Shown one piece after another: positions 18,329-28,093 of a stretch of DNA of 64,000 nt. Each line of letters opens with the position of its first letter. The first letter of the stretch is position 1. Source of the stretch: an uncultured Chloroflexia bacterium (GTDB taxonomy: Bacteria; Chloroflexota; Limnocylindria; Limnocylindrales; CSP1-4); assembly GCA_963698505.1 (NCBI GenBank), contig CAVORC010000023.1, positions 14,034 through 78,033 of the forward strand, given 5' to 3'. A program made the position numbers and the translations under genes. Below the pieces are notes generated by a model that was not told the origin of the DNA, ran no database searches, and saw only the letters and a list, made by a program, of their open reading frames with translations.

Positions 18329-19552
18329 TCAGCCCGCGAGGCCGGATTCCACGAGGCGCACCGCCCGCCGCAGCTGCACATCATCCGCCGCCTCGAAGTC
18401 CACGGCGGTGAGCGAGAGCAGGTCTGACGGGCTCAGGCGCATGGCGCCGAGCGGCAGCGGTACCTCCTCGTCGGGCGCGACGCCCAGCCTGAAGACGCGC
18501 TCTCCGGCAGGCGTCAGCCACTCGCGTACGCCCAGGCGCAGGGCTGAGCCGTCCGACAGCCTGATGGTGTTGAGGATGGTGCCGGTACCGAAGGTCTGCT
18601 CACCAAGGATGGTGGCGCGGCCGCTGTCACGCAGTGCGGCGGCCAGGATCTCGCCGCTGCTGGCCGTGCCGTAGTCGACCAGCACGACCAGCGGGATCTC
18701 GGCATCTACCACGCGACCGGCTTCGACCGAGACTGCCACCGGCTCTTCGTCACGGGCGCGCTCGAGGTAGACCACGCCTTCATCCAGGAAGGCGCTGGCG
18801 GCATCGAGCGTCTCGTTCACCAGGCCCCCGGGGTTGCCCCGCAAGTCCAGCACGACGCCCAGAGCACCGGCGGCAGCGGCATCCGCCACCGCCTCGCGCA
18901 GCTGCTCGCCGGCACCTGCCGAGAACTGGACCAGTCGGATCACGGCCACATCGGACCCGGGCGCCAGGGCCCAGCTCACCGGGTCGACCTCCACCTCGTC
19001 ACGCACGATGGCCACCAGCTGCGCATCGTCGCTCCCAGCCCGCTCGATGCCCAGGGTCACCGTCGTACCCGGCTCTCCGCGCACCATGTCGGCTAGCTCG
19101 CCGAGGGGAAGGCGTGCTGTCTCGACACCATCCACGCTGACGATGACGTCGCCGCTCCGCAGGCCCGCTCGCGATGCCGGCGAGCCATCGACCACGGAGA
19201 TGACCAGGGGCGCCCGCGAGCGCTGATCGAGCACCACACCGATACCCACGACACGACCCTCCAGCACCTCCTGCTCGATCAGGAACTCCCGCTCGGTGAG
19301 GTACTCGGTATGACCGTCATCGCCGAGCGCCTCGACGATGCCGCGGATGGCACCGATACTGAGATCCCGGCTGGTGATCTTCGTGTCATCCACGAAGCGC
19401 TCTTCGAGCAACTCGATGACCTCTGCGATGAGCGCCTCGTCGAGCACGACCGGCTCGTCGTCAGCACGACCCGGGGCGGCGCCGACGGGCAGGCTGATGA
19501 CGAGGGACAACGCGAGGGCAGTGAGCACTCGCGGCAAGCTCAGCTGGACCAT
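18329..19552 (-). CDS. S41 family C-terminal processing peptidase with PDZ domain
   Basis: Signal peptide. PDZ segment VVDGSPASRAGLRSGDVIVSVDG. Catalytic region LDLRGNPGGL and GTASSGEILAAAL. Confidence 0.85.
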   Translation of the reverse strand: MVQLSLPRVLTALALSLVISLPVGAAPGRADDEPVVLDEALIAEVIELLEERFVDDTKITSRDLSIGAIRGIVEALGDDGHTEYLTEREFLIEQEVLEGRVVGIGVVLDQRSRAPLVISVVDGSPASRAGLRSGDVIVSVDGVETARLPLGELADMVRGEPGTTVTLGIERAGSDDAQLVAIVRDEVEVDPVSWALAPGSDVAVIRLVQFSAGAGEQLREAVADAAAAGALGVVLDLRGNPGGLVNETLDAASAFLDEGVVYLERARDEEPVAVSVEAGRVVDAEIPLVVLVDYGTASSGEILAAALRDSGRATILGEQTFGTGTILNTIRLSDGSALRLGVREWLTPAGERVFRLGVAPDEEVPLPLGAMRLSPSDLLSLTAVDFEAADDVQLRRAVRLVESGLAG

Positions 19553-19578
19553 GGTGGGCGCATCATCGACCAGATGGC

Positions 19579-19683
19579 GTGGACGTGCAGCCCATGGCTC
19601 ATCGACGGACGTTGACCGGCGGTGGACGACGCTTGTGGATCGATCGTGGATGAATGGTGCGGGAACCTGAGCGTTTCGTGGAC
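19579..19683. promoter_or_regulatory. array of five same-orientation GTGGAY motifs (minus strand RTCCAC; DnaA-box-like)
   Basis: GTGGAC at 19579, 19622 and 19678; GTGGAT at 19635 and 19646. On the minus strand, box 5 reads TTGTCCACG (8/9 to TTGTCCACA). The array lies 27-130 nt upstream of the S41 peptidase start. Confidence 0.3.
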
Positions 19684-19931
19684 AACCCTCTTGCCCAGCC
19701 AGGACGACGCCCGTATCGTAGACATCAGCCCGGAGGGGTCATCGAAACGGAACCGGAGAGGCTGGTCCGCCAGTCACTTGGGAGCCGCAGACGAAGGCCC
19801 AGCCGGGCTCTTCCGTTGTTCACGCTCCGGTCCCGACGATGTGACACCGTAGCTGGCACGACTCGCTCCCAGCATGTACCCGAGGAGGCCGCCCGAACCG
19901 GCCCCACGGAGCAGCTGCGAGGAGTCATGCC

Positions 19932-20084
19932 ATGGTCACGATCACCTGCCCCTGGTGCACGGAAGACGAGCTGATGGAGCTTGCTGACCTGGCGGCGGCG
20001 GAGGCCGGCTTCACCTGTCCCGACTGCGGCACCAGCGTGTCGTACGCCGACGAGTCCCCGATCGTCTCGGATGCAGCCGCCTAG
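19932..20084 (+). CDS. small zinc-ribbon protein (50 aa, below ORF-track cutoff)
   Basis: GAGGAG 7 nt upstream of the ATG. MVTITCPWCTEDELMELADLAAAEAGFTCPDCGTSVSYADESPIVSDAAA has two CxxC pairs. About 88% GC3 by hand count. Confidence 0.5.
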   Translation: MVTITCPWCTEDELMELADLAAAEAGFTCPDCGTSVSYADESPIVSDAAA

Positions 20085-20086
20085 TC

Positions 20087-21195
20087 CTACACCAGCCTGG
20101 GCGAGTGGGACTGAACCTCCGCCTTGAGACGCTCGTAGCCGGGCTTGATGACGCCGTTGATGAGTCGGAGGCGTTCATCGAAGGCGAGGAACGACGACTT
20201 CATCGCGTTCGTCGAGAGCCATTGCATCTCGTCGAGTCCGATGTCGAATGTCCTGCTGAGCGTCTCGAACTCATCGCTCAGGCTTACGCCACTCATGAGC
20301 CGGTTGTCGGTGTTGACGGTGACGCGGTAGCGCAACCGACGAAGCAGGTCGATGGGGTGCTGCTCGATCGAGGCGACAGCCCCCGTGTGCACGTTGGAGG
20401 TCGGGCACATCTCAAGTGGCACGCGGTTGTCGCGCACGAACTGCGCGAGGCGGCCGATGTGGATGTCTCCGTCAGGCGCGACCTCGATGTCATCCACGAT
20501 GCGGACCCCGTGTCCCAGGCGCTCGGCGCCGCACCACTGCAGCGCCTCCCAGATCGAGGGCAGCCCGAATGCCTCCCCGGCGTGGATGGTGATGTGGAAG
20601 TTCTCGCGGTGGATGAGCTGGAAGGCATCGAGATGCCGGCTGGGCGGGAACCCGTCCTCGGGGCCGGCGATGTCGAAGCCGACGGTCCCCTGATCTCGGT
20701 AGCGGACGGCCACCTCGGCGATCTCGACCGAGCGGGCGAACTGGCGCATGGCGGTCACGATGGCCCGGATCACGATGGGGTTGCCGGCCGCTGCTGCGGC
20801 ATCGGCGCCCTGCTGCAGGCCCTCGAGCCAGGCCCGCATGACCTCATCGAGTGACAGGCCCGCCTGCGTGGACAGCTCGGGCGCGTAGCGCACTTCCGCA
20901 TAGACCACGCCATCGTCCGCGAGGTCCTGGGCGCACTCCGCCGCGACGCGGGCGATAGCCTCCGGGGTCTGCATCACCCCGACCGTGTGCCTGAACCCCT
21001 CGAGGTACAGCTCGAGGGAGCCGCGGTCGGCCCCCGAGCGGAACCATCGCCCCAGCTCGGTCGCATCCCGGTGGGGAGGCCGCGGTAGCCGGTCTCGCGC
21101 GCCAGCTCGATGACGGTGGCCGGACGCAGCCCGCCATCGAGGTGGTCGTGCAGCAGCACCTTGGGGGCGCTGCGGATCGTCTCCCTGGTGACCAT
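20087..21195 (-). pseudogene. add: adenosine deaminase, apparent frameshift near codon 45
   Basis: [42 protein letters not shown] is in one frame. [12 protein letters not shown]...[10 protein letters not shown]...TIHAGEAFG...RLGHGVRI...CPTSNVHTG...TVNTDNRLMS is in the next. Colinear with mycobacterial Add as I remember it. Confidence 0.8.
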
Positions 21196-21232
21196 GTGCT
21201 GATGGTACCGCCGATGCCGGGCTCCTCGTTGG

Positions 21233-22051
21233 GTGATACTTCGACGCGTGAGCCAGCGCAGGGATCCCCGTGTGACGTTCCTCGGCCACGCGACGCTCCT
21301 CATCGAGATGGACGGGGCCCGGGTGCTGACGGATCCCATCCTGCGCTCTCGCGTCGGGCCACTGACACGGTCGGCCGGACCACCCGACCGCAAGCACTGG
21401 GAGAAGCCGGACGCGGTGCTCATCTCCCACTCACACTGGGACCATCTCGACTACGGCTCCCTTGAGCTGCTGGGCACCGACATCGATCTCATCGCGCCCC
21501 TCGGCCAGGGTGCCGAGCTGCGCCGCCACGGCTTCCATCGCGTCACCGAGGTCGTGGAGGGCGACGACGTCGAGGTCCGCGGTCTCGTCATCGAGGCGGT
21601 CCACGCCGAGCACAAGGGCTTCGGGCCACCCGTCGGCGGCACCGAGCTGGCGCTGGGCTTCATCATCCACGGCTCGCAGCAGCACTACTTCGCCGGCGAC
21701 ACTGCCTTCTTCGAGGGCATGACGGACTTCGACATCGGGCTCGACCTGGCGCTGCTGCCGGTTTGGGGCTGGGGTCCGACGGCCAAGCCGGCCGAGCATC
21801 TCGATCCGATGGGTGCCGCGCGTGCGGCGGCCGTCATCAAGCCCCGCATCGCCATCCCCATCCACTGGGGCACGCTGCACCCGGTCGGACTCCACTGGGT
21901 GCGCCCATCGACGCGCATCGACCCGCCACACCAGTTCGCGCAGCTGGTGCGTCGGCTATCGCCCGATACGATCGTGCGCGTGCTGCCCAATGGCGCCTCG
22001 CTGGTGGTACCGCCGTCGTCGCGCGGCAGCCTCCCGCGAGAGACGGCCTAG
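21233..22051 (+). CDS. MBL-fold metallo-hydrolase
   Basis: [22 protein letters not shown] and FAGDTAFF are beta-lactamase-fold motifs. Confidence 0.8.
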   Translation: MILRRVSQRRDPRVTFLGHATLLIEMDGARVLTDPILRSRVGPLTRSAGPPDRKHWEKPDAVLISHSHWDHLDYGSLELLGTDIDLIAPLGQGAELRRHGFHRVTEVVEGDDVEVRGLVIEAVHAEHKGFGPPVGGTELALGFIIHGSQQHYFAGDTAFFEGMTDFDIGLDLALLPVWGWGPTAKPAEHLDPMGAARAAAVIKPRIAIPIHWGTLHPVGLHWVRPSTRIDPPHQFAQLVRRLSPDTIVRVLPNGASLVVPPSSRGSLPRETA

Positions 22052-22603
22052 CCGGAGTCGCCCACCTCGACGGTCTCGACGCCGATCGTCGCGGCGAACG
22101 CCGTCGCCTGGTCAAGGGCATCCTCGAGGACCGTCTTCAGGCTGTGCCCGACCCCCGGGTAGATCACCAGCCGCGCCTGCGGCAGGCGCTCGGCGATGGC
22201 ACGCTGCAAGCAGGTCCAGGCGGGCGAACGGGTCGGCGCCGCCGGAGAGGAGCAGCACCGGCACATCGATGTCGGGCCAGTGACTGCTGCGCGGCTCCCA
22301 TTCGGGAACGCCGGGCCGATGGAGCGGATAGCTGAAGCAGATGAGGCCGGCACAGGTACCCGCCCCCTCGGCGGCGAGCAGGCTGGCCACGCGGCCACCG
22401 TAGGACTGGCCGGCCAGGATGAGTCGCGAAGGCGGCTCAGGACGTCCTTCGAGCTGCTCTCGATAGGCCGGGACCGCGCGCTCGGCCTTGCGCAGCGGCA
22501 GATCGATGGCGGTGGCGCCGAGGCCCCGGGCCCGCAACCCCTCCACGTGCCGGCGCATGGAGGCTGCCCCACCAGAGGCACCGTGCGCGACGAGGACGTG
22601 CAT
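22048..22603 (-). pseudogene. alpha/beta hydrolase (dienelactone hydrolase/KANL3-like), apparent frameshift near C-terminus
   Basis: MHVLVAHGASGG...LILAGQSYGGRVAS...PVLLLSGGADPFARLDLL continues in another frame as QRAIAERLPQARLVIYPGVGHSLK...stop at 22048. Confidence 0.6.
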
Positions 22604-22666
22604 CGCCCGAGGGTAGCCGAGAGCTGTGCCACGTGAGCTGGCACGCGTGGCGGCGATGCTGGGCTC

Positions 22667-23953
22667 ATGGAAGCCGCCAATGTCGTCCAGCTGCCACCAG
22701 TGCCGGACCCGCCCGCCCGCGTCGATGTCGCCGAAGGACAGATCGTCATCGACCACCTCGCCCTCGTCGACGCGGGCCTCGCCACGTTCGTGCGAGAGCG
22801 CCCCGCCGACGATCGACCGGCGCTCGTCTCTCGCGCACTGCGCATCGGCCTGCTGGCCCTGCAGGACGCGGGTGCCTCGCTCGACGTGGACGTGGTGCGC
22901 CGCGAGTTCGAGGCCATGGTCCGCCAGACCGAGTCGCTCAACGAGCGTGTCGCGGCGCAGGTCGATGAGGTGCTGCGCCAGAACTTCGCCGATGTCGATG
23001 GTCGCCTGCCTCGCACGCTCGAGTCCTTCCTGGGCGATCGCGGCCAGCTGCGCACCTTCACCCGCGAGCTCTTCGACGAGGACCGCCGCGACTCAGCCAT
23101 CGGCCGGATGCGCGTCCTGCTGGGCAGCTACTTCGAGGGTGATGAGTCTCGCCTGGCACGCCTCCTCGACCCCACCCGCATGGGCTCGCCGCTGCACCAG
23201 TTCCGGGTCGAGGTCGGCAAGGGCTTCGACCAGCTCAACGATCGGCTCACCGCCATCGAGGCTGCTGCCAGTGCCCGCGCAGCGGAGCGGGCCAGGTCCG
23301 CCGCCAAGGGGGCCGACTTCGAGGATCTCCTCGAGGGCATGCTGGCTGACGCTGTTCGTGGCAGCGACCACCTCGTCGAGCGCACCTCGGACGTCGCCGG
23401 CAACATCATCCGCTCCAAGAAGGGCGACTTCGTCGTGACCATCGACCCGGCCACGACGCGAGGCGCCAGCGTACGCGTCGTGGTTGAGGCCAAGGACCGC
23501 ACCATCTCGGGGCGGGCGATGCGCGATGAGCTGGAGGAGGCGAAACGCAACCGCGACGCGACCGTCGGATTGGTGGTCTTCAGTGCCGCGCACGCACCGG
23601 CAGGCATCGCACCCTTCGACGTACGCATGGGCGACGTCTACTGCGCCATCGACCCCGCGCAGCCCGAGCCGGCGACGCTGGACGCGGCGCTGCGTCTCGC
23701 GCGACTCCTGGCCGTGACAGCCTCGCGTGAGCGGGAGGACGAGGTGGACACCGCGGTCGTGCACGATGCCCTGCAGCGGGTCCGTGCCGAGCTGGACGCG
23801 GTGCGCGGTCTCAAGACCAAGCTCAGCACCATCGGCAGCGCCGCCAAGGCCGTGAATGCCGGTCTCGATGGGCTACGAGACGGCATCCTCGCGCGCATCG
23901 CCGAGGCAGAAGCCGAGCTCCTGCTCGAGGGCGCCGACCCGGGCGCCGGCTGA
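22667..23953 (+). CDS. hypothetical coiled-coil protein with PD-(D/E)xK-like core (DUF2130/RmuC-like architecture)
   Basis: 428 aa. Helical N- and C-terminal parts. Central KKGDFVVTIDPATTRGASVRVVVEAKDRTISGRAMRDELEEAKRNRDATVGLVVFS fits a D...ExK nuclease-fold motif. Confidence 0.6.
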   Translation: MEAANVVQLPPVPDPPARVDVAEGQIVIDHLALVDAGLATFVRERPADDRPALVSRALRIGLLALQDAGASLDVDVVRREFEAMVRQTESLNERVAAQVDEVLRQNFADVDGRLPRTLESFLGDRGQLRTFTRELFDEDRRDSAIGRMRVLLGSYFEGDESRLARLLDPTRMGSPLHQFRVEVGKGFDQLNDRLTAIEAAASARAAERARSAAKGADFEDLLEGMLADAVRGSDHLVERTSDVAGNIIRSKKGDFVVTIDPATTRGASVRVVVEAKDRTISGRAMRDELEEAKRNRDATVGLVVFSAAHAPAGIAPFDVRMGDVYCAIDPAQPEPATLDAALRLARLLAVTASREREDEVDTAVVHDALQRVRAELDAVRGLKTKLSTIGSAAKAVNAGLDGLRDGILARIAEAEAELLLEGADPGAG

Positions 23954-23962
23954 CGAGCGGAC

Positions 23963-24925
23963 TCAGCCACCCACCGGATGCCACGGTGCCACCGAGGTGA
24001 TGGCCGCGCGGAGCTCATCACTGCCGATGACGCCGGTGAACTTGGCATGCAGCCGGCCGTCCCGGTCGATGACGAATACCCAAGGCGGCTCGACGATGCC
24101 CCAGGCCTCGGCGTAGTCGGTCAGGACCGCCGGCCCGCCCGGCGGATCGAGACCGAGCATCCCACCATCGGGGCCGGGGGCCATCAGCCACGGCTCGGCG
24201 TGGATGATGGTGAGCCCGGGGTAATCGATGAAGACATCGTGAAGGATGCCCAGCGCGCCACCGCAGGCGGCGTTCGGACGAAAGGCATACGAGTCCATCA
24301 CGAACACGGTCGGCTGGTGCTGCGCCAAGGCATCGTCGAGCGACCACGTGTAGAACGCGGTGAGCGGCTCGGGATCTGAGCTGATGTGATGCATCAGGCT
24401 GTGGGCGTCGCGCATGGTCGGTGTGTCGCCGCCGGGGACTGCTGAGCCCAGCGGTGGCGTGCCAAGGTCGGGCGACACGTCGAGGTGCGCCTCTCCGACA
24501 TGGGTGACCCCGTCGCGCTCTGCCGAGACGACGATGTCCCAACGGCCCACGTCCTCGAGCGGCACGCGGGCGCGGTAGAGCCTGCGTCCGTAGGTGGCGA
24601 AGCGCTCGATGGCAGGCTGCGCTCGATGGCGCTGTCCGCCGGGCCCCGCCAGCTCCACGAGCAACGACACCGCCTCGTCGGCCAGCGATCGACCCGATGC
24701 ATCGAACACGCTCATGAGCACATCGTTGGTGCCCACCCAGTGCTGGGTGGAGTCGAGCACCACGTCGAGCCGTGGTGGCTGGTCGGACTGTCCCTGCACG
24801 CTGGCTGGCAGCGGCACGGCGAGAACGGCCATGATCATCGCCACGACAACGGCGAACCCGCGTGCCCGGCGGCCCAGCCTGTGCGCGATGTCCCCCCGTC
24901 CGTGCCTGCTACGCCCCGTCGTCAT
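23963..24925 (-). CDS. secreted/membrane-anchored protein with C-terminal thioredoxin-fold-like domain
   Basis: TM/signal segment FAVVVAMIMAVLAVPLPASVQG. The C-terminal TVFVMDSYAFRPNAACGGALG...WVFVIDRDGRL resembles SCO/TlpA-like lipoproteins but has no CxxC. The start overlaps the USP stop by 17 nt. Confidence 0.55.
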   Translation of the reverse strand: MTTGRSRHGRGDIAHRLGRRARGFAVVVAMIMAVLAVPLPASVQGQSDQPPRLDVVLDSTQHWVGTNDVLMSVFDASGRSLADEAVSLLVELAGPGGQRHRAQPAIERFATYGRRLYRARVPLEDVGRWDIVVSAERDGVTHVGEAHLDVSPDLGTPPLGSAVPGGDTPTMRDAHSLMHHISSDPEPLTAFYTWSLDDALAQHQPTVFVMDSYAFRPNAACGGALGILHDVFIDYPGLTIIHAEPWLMAPGPDGGMLGLDPPGGPAVLTDYAEAWGIVEPPWVFVIDRDGRLHAKFTGVIGSDELRAAITSVAPWHPVGG

Positions 24926-25361
24926 GTCGCTTCGAGGGACGGACGACCAGGACGGGGCAGTCGGCATGGCGCACGACATGGTCCGACACGGACCCGAGCA
25001 GCAGGCGCTCGGCACCGCTGCGACCGCGCGTGCCCACCACGACGATGTCAGCATGCTCGGCCTCTGCGGCAGCGGCGATCGAATCGCCCGGGTCTCCCTC
25101 CCACACGAGGAACTCGGCGTTGGCACCAGCTTCTTTCGCGTCGCGCACGACCTTCACCAGCAGAGACTCCCGTTCGCTCCGTGCCTGGTCGACGCGCTCA
25201 TGAGACCCGGCGCCGGAAAGGCGACGCTTCTCAAGGACGTTCACGATCAGCAGTCGCGCCTCGAGTCGGCCCGCCAGCTCGACGGCGCGCTCCGTCGCCT
25301 CACGCGACGCCGCGGTGAGGTCGGTGGCCAGCAGGATCGTTCGGATAGGTGCCACGATCAC
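24909..25361 (-). CDS. universal stress protein
   Basis: ILLATDLT...ADIVVVGTRGRSGAERLLLGSVSDHVVRHADCPVLVV is the canonical UspA ATP-binding motif. Confidence 0.85.
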   Translation of the reverse strand: MIVAPIRTILLATDLTAASREATERAVELAGRLEARLLIVNVLEKRRLSGAGSHERVDQARSERESLLVKVVRDAKEAGANAEFLVWEGDPGDSIAAAAEAEHADIVVVGTRGRSGAERLLLGSVSDHVVRHADCPVLVVRPSKRHDDGA

Positions 25362-25427
25362 CCCAGCCTCGGGCGCGACTCCCGGAGTGCGTAGGGGCGC
25401 ATGGACCCTTTCTGGGGTCGCTCTTGC

Positions 25428-26747
25428 CTACTCCGGCAAGACCACCAGGGCGGTCACCATGCCGAACATGCCGTCGAGACCTTCAACGTGGGGCAGGATA
25501 TGGCAGTGCAGGGCCCAGACGCCCACGCGATCACATTCGACGATGGCATCGAAGCGCTCCCCTGGGTTCACACCGAGCGTATCGCAGTAGAACGATGCGT
25601 CGCCCAGCTGGGCGCCATCGCGAGCCACGACGTGCTGTCGGAAGCCATGGGTATGCCACGGATGCATCATCACGCCCTCATTCTGGTAGCGGATGAGCAC
25701 TCGCTCGCCTCGCTTGGCGATGATGGGCACGGTGGCAGGGAAGCCCTTGCCGTTGATGGTGAAGCCGCCCAGCGAGTCGTTGTGGATGAAGATGTACTCC
25801 TGCGTCACCCCGTACTTGTTGGCATAGCGTTCAGCCGGATCGGCCGGGTCGACGATGAGCGCTCCCAGCAGCCCGCGCCCCACCTGGTCGGTGGCATTGT
25901 GGTGCGAGTGATACATGTGCGACCCGTGGGGAGTCGCGGTGAACTCGTAGCTGAAGGTCTCGCCGGGGATGATGGGTGGCTGGGTCACGAACGGGATCCC
26001 GTCCATGTACCAGTCGTCGAACTCGATGCCGTGCATATGCACGCCGGTCGTCTCGTCGAGGTTGTTGGTGACGTTGATGCGAACCTTGTCGCCCTCGGTC
26101 ACCCGGATGGCAGGCCCTGGCCACATCTTGTTGTAGCCGAGCGCCTTGACCGGCTCCTTCATGGCGTCGATCTGCCAGTCCATCTGGTCGACGGTGAGTT
26201 CGAACACCTTCCAGTCGCCGTCGATGGTGGGCTCCAGGGGCTGGTTCCCGTGCTCGACGAGCTGGTACTCGGGATCCTGGGTCGGCTCTCCCAGGTACGC
26301 GGTCATGCCCAGCACAGGGGCGAGATTGCCCACGAACCGGCGTACCTTCTCGCGCGCTGCGATGTCGTGCTCGGTCCAGCCGGGAGGGATGGGCTCAGCT
26401 GTGCCATGGTCCTCGGTCAGCGGCTCGGTGGTCTCGGCGGGAGCCACCTCCTCTACCGTGGGCGAGGCCGCAGCTGCCGCGGTCAGCGTCCGCAGCGGAG
26501 CGTACGACCACGCGCTGCCGGCGGCCGGGGCGCAGGCAGCGATGGCTGCGGCTGCCGCGGTCCCGCCGGCGACGGCGAGAGCACCGCGCAGGAACCCTCG
26601 TCGGGTGGTGGCACCCAGCGCGACCGGCACCATGCGGCCTGGGTCGGCCGCCTCCTCCGGGGCGGCCACTGACGCGATGGCCTCGGCGATCGCATCGTCT
26701 GTGTGGGGGGCTTGGTCAGACGGTGGGGGGGATGCCTTCGCATGCAT
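25428..26747 (-). CDS. multicopper oxidase (Tat-exported)
   Basis: Twin-arginine TRRGFLRG. Copper-site motifs HMHGIEF, HSHHNATDQ, HPWHTHG and HCHILPHVEGLDGMFG. An alternative start ATG is at 26633. Confidence 0.85.
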   Translation of the reverse strand: MHAKASPPPSDQAPHTDDAIAEAIASVAAPEEAADPGRMVPVALGATTRRGFLRGALAVAGGTAAAAAIAACAPAAGSAWSYAPLRTLTAAAAASPTVEEVAPAETTEPLTEDHGTAEPIPPGWTEHDIAAREKVRRFVGNLAPVLGMTAYLGEPTQDPEYQLVEHGNQPLEPTIDGDWKVFELTVDQMDWQIDAMKEPVKALGYNKMWPGPAIRVTEGDKVRINVTNNLDETTGVHMHGIEFDDWYMDGIPFVTQPPIIPGETFSYEFTATPHGSHMYHSHHNATDQVGRGLLGALIVDPADPAERYANKYGVTQEYIFIHNDSLGGFTINGKGFPATVPIIAKRGERVLIRYQNEGVMMHPWHTHGFRQHVVARDGAQLGDASFYCDTLGVNPGERFDAIVECDRVGVWALHCHILPHVEGLDGMFGMVTALVVLPE

Positions 26748-26842
26748 GGCGGAAGACTAACCATCTCCATCGAGGATTTCAGGTCCGTCTCGCCACGCCG
26801 GCATGGGCCATTTGTCACGTCAGGACTGGTAGATTGGACCCC

Positions 26843-28093
26843 ATGGAACGCTCCGCCACGTCCAGCGAGGTCGCCGGCTCGACGATCGATGCCGAGGGGT
26901 TCGCCGCTGCCATCCGGCAGGCGGAAGCGTGGGCGGCTGCTGCCTACGATGCACGCCGACGGCTGGAGGCACTGGACACCGCCACGGTCGCGATCTCACA
27001 GGAGCTCTCGCTCGAGCGCGTCCTGCAGATCATCGTGGACAGCGTGAGGCCGCTGGCGGGCGCCCGCTTCGCCGCCCTGGGTATCCCTGATGACCACGGC
27101 TCGATGGAGCGTTTCATCACCAGCGGCATCAGCGAGCGGGGCAAGGCGGACATCGGCCCCCCGCCGCACGCGCGGGGCTTGATCGGGCTGACGCTGGCGC
27201 AGGGGGACTCCGTCCGCGTGGATGACATCGCCGCCGATCCGCGTGCTGTCGGCTTCCCGCCAGGGCACCCGCAGATGCACTCCTTCCTCAGCGTGCCGGT
27301 GAACGTCGAGGGGCGCACGATCGGCAATCTCTATCTCACCGACAAGACCGACGACCAGCCCTTCGACGACGATGACCAGCGCCTGGTCGAGTCGTTCGCG
27401 CGCCACGCCGGCCTCGCCATCCACAACGCCCGCATGCACGAGGAGCTTCGTCAGCTCGCCATCCTGCAGGAACGCGAGCGCATCGCCCAGGACCTCCACG
27501 ATGGCTCGATCCAGTCGCTCTATGCCGTCAGCCTTGCGCTGGAGGACACCGAAGAGCTGATGGCCACGGATCCTGACCTGGCCGCAGATCGCATCGATCA
27601 CGCCATCGAGTCCATCCACGGCACGATCCAGGAGATCCGCGACTTCATCATGGGCCTTGACCCCGATGCCAGGACGGCCGTGGACCTGCTGGCCGGCCTC
27701 AGCGCGCTGACGGTGGAGTTCGAGCGCAGCACGCTCATCGAGGTGGAGCTCTCCAGCGACCCCGAGGTATCGCTCGATCCCGACGAGACCCTCCAGCTCA
27801 TCCAGCTCACACGCGAGGCGATGAGCAACGTCGCGCGCCACGCGAACGCCTCGAAGGTGATGGTGAACGTCGAAGATCGTCGCGAACGTCTGCGCCTGTC
27901 TATCATCGACGATGGCAGGGGCTTCGATACCAAGAAGGGACAACGACCCGGCCATCACGGCCTGACCAACATGCACGCGCGCGCGGAGTCGCTCGGTGGC
28001 TCGCTCGCGATCGAGAGCAACGACCACGGCACGCGGGTCGTCTTCGAGATGCCGCGGCACCAGCGCGGTGGAGCCAAGGAGCCAACCAGATGA
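26843..28093 (+). CDS. GAF-domain sensor histidine kinase (HisKA_3 type)
   Basis: GAF region LERVLQIIVDSVRPLAGARFAALG...IGNLYLTDK. H-box ERERIAQDLHDGSIQSLY. The HATPase N and G boxes are present. ATGA overlap with the response regulator. Confidence 0.85.
   Translation: MERSATSSEVAGSTIDAEGFAAAIRQAEAWAAAAYDARRRLEALDTATVAISQELSLERVLQIIVDSVRPLAGARFAALGIPDDHGSMERFITSGISERGKADIGPPPHARGLIGLTLAQGDSVRVDDIAADPRAVGFPPGHPQMHSFLSVPVNVEGRTIGNLYLTDKTDDQPFDDDDQRLVESFARHAGLAIHNARMHEELRQLAILQERERIAQDLHDGSIQSLYAVSLALEDTEELMATDPDLAADRIDHAIESIHGTIQEIRDFIMGLDPDARTAVDLLAGLSALTVEFERSTLIEVELSSDPEVSLDPDETLQLIQLTREAMSNVARHANASKVMVNVEDRRERLRLSIIDDGRGFDTKKGQRPGHHGLTNMHARAESLGGSLAIESNDHGTRVVFEMPRHQRGGAKEPTR

Noticed and set aside
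19579-19683. The chromosomal replication origin (oriC), because of clustered DnaA-box-like motifs.
   Set aside because: No dnaA, dnaN, rpmH or gyrB genes are nearby, and there is no AT-rich unwinding element. Only five degenerate boxes are present. I kept it as a regulatory-array finding instead.
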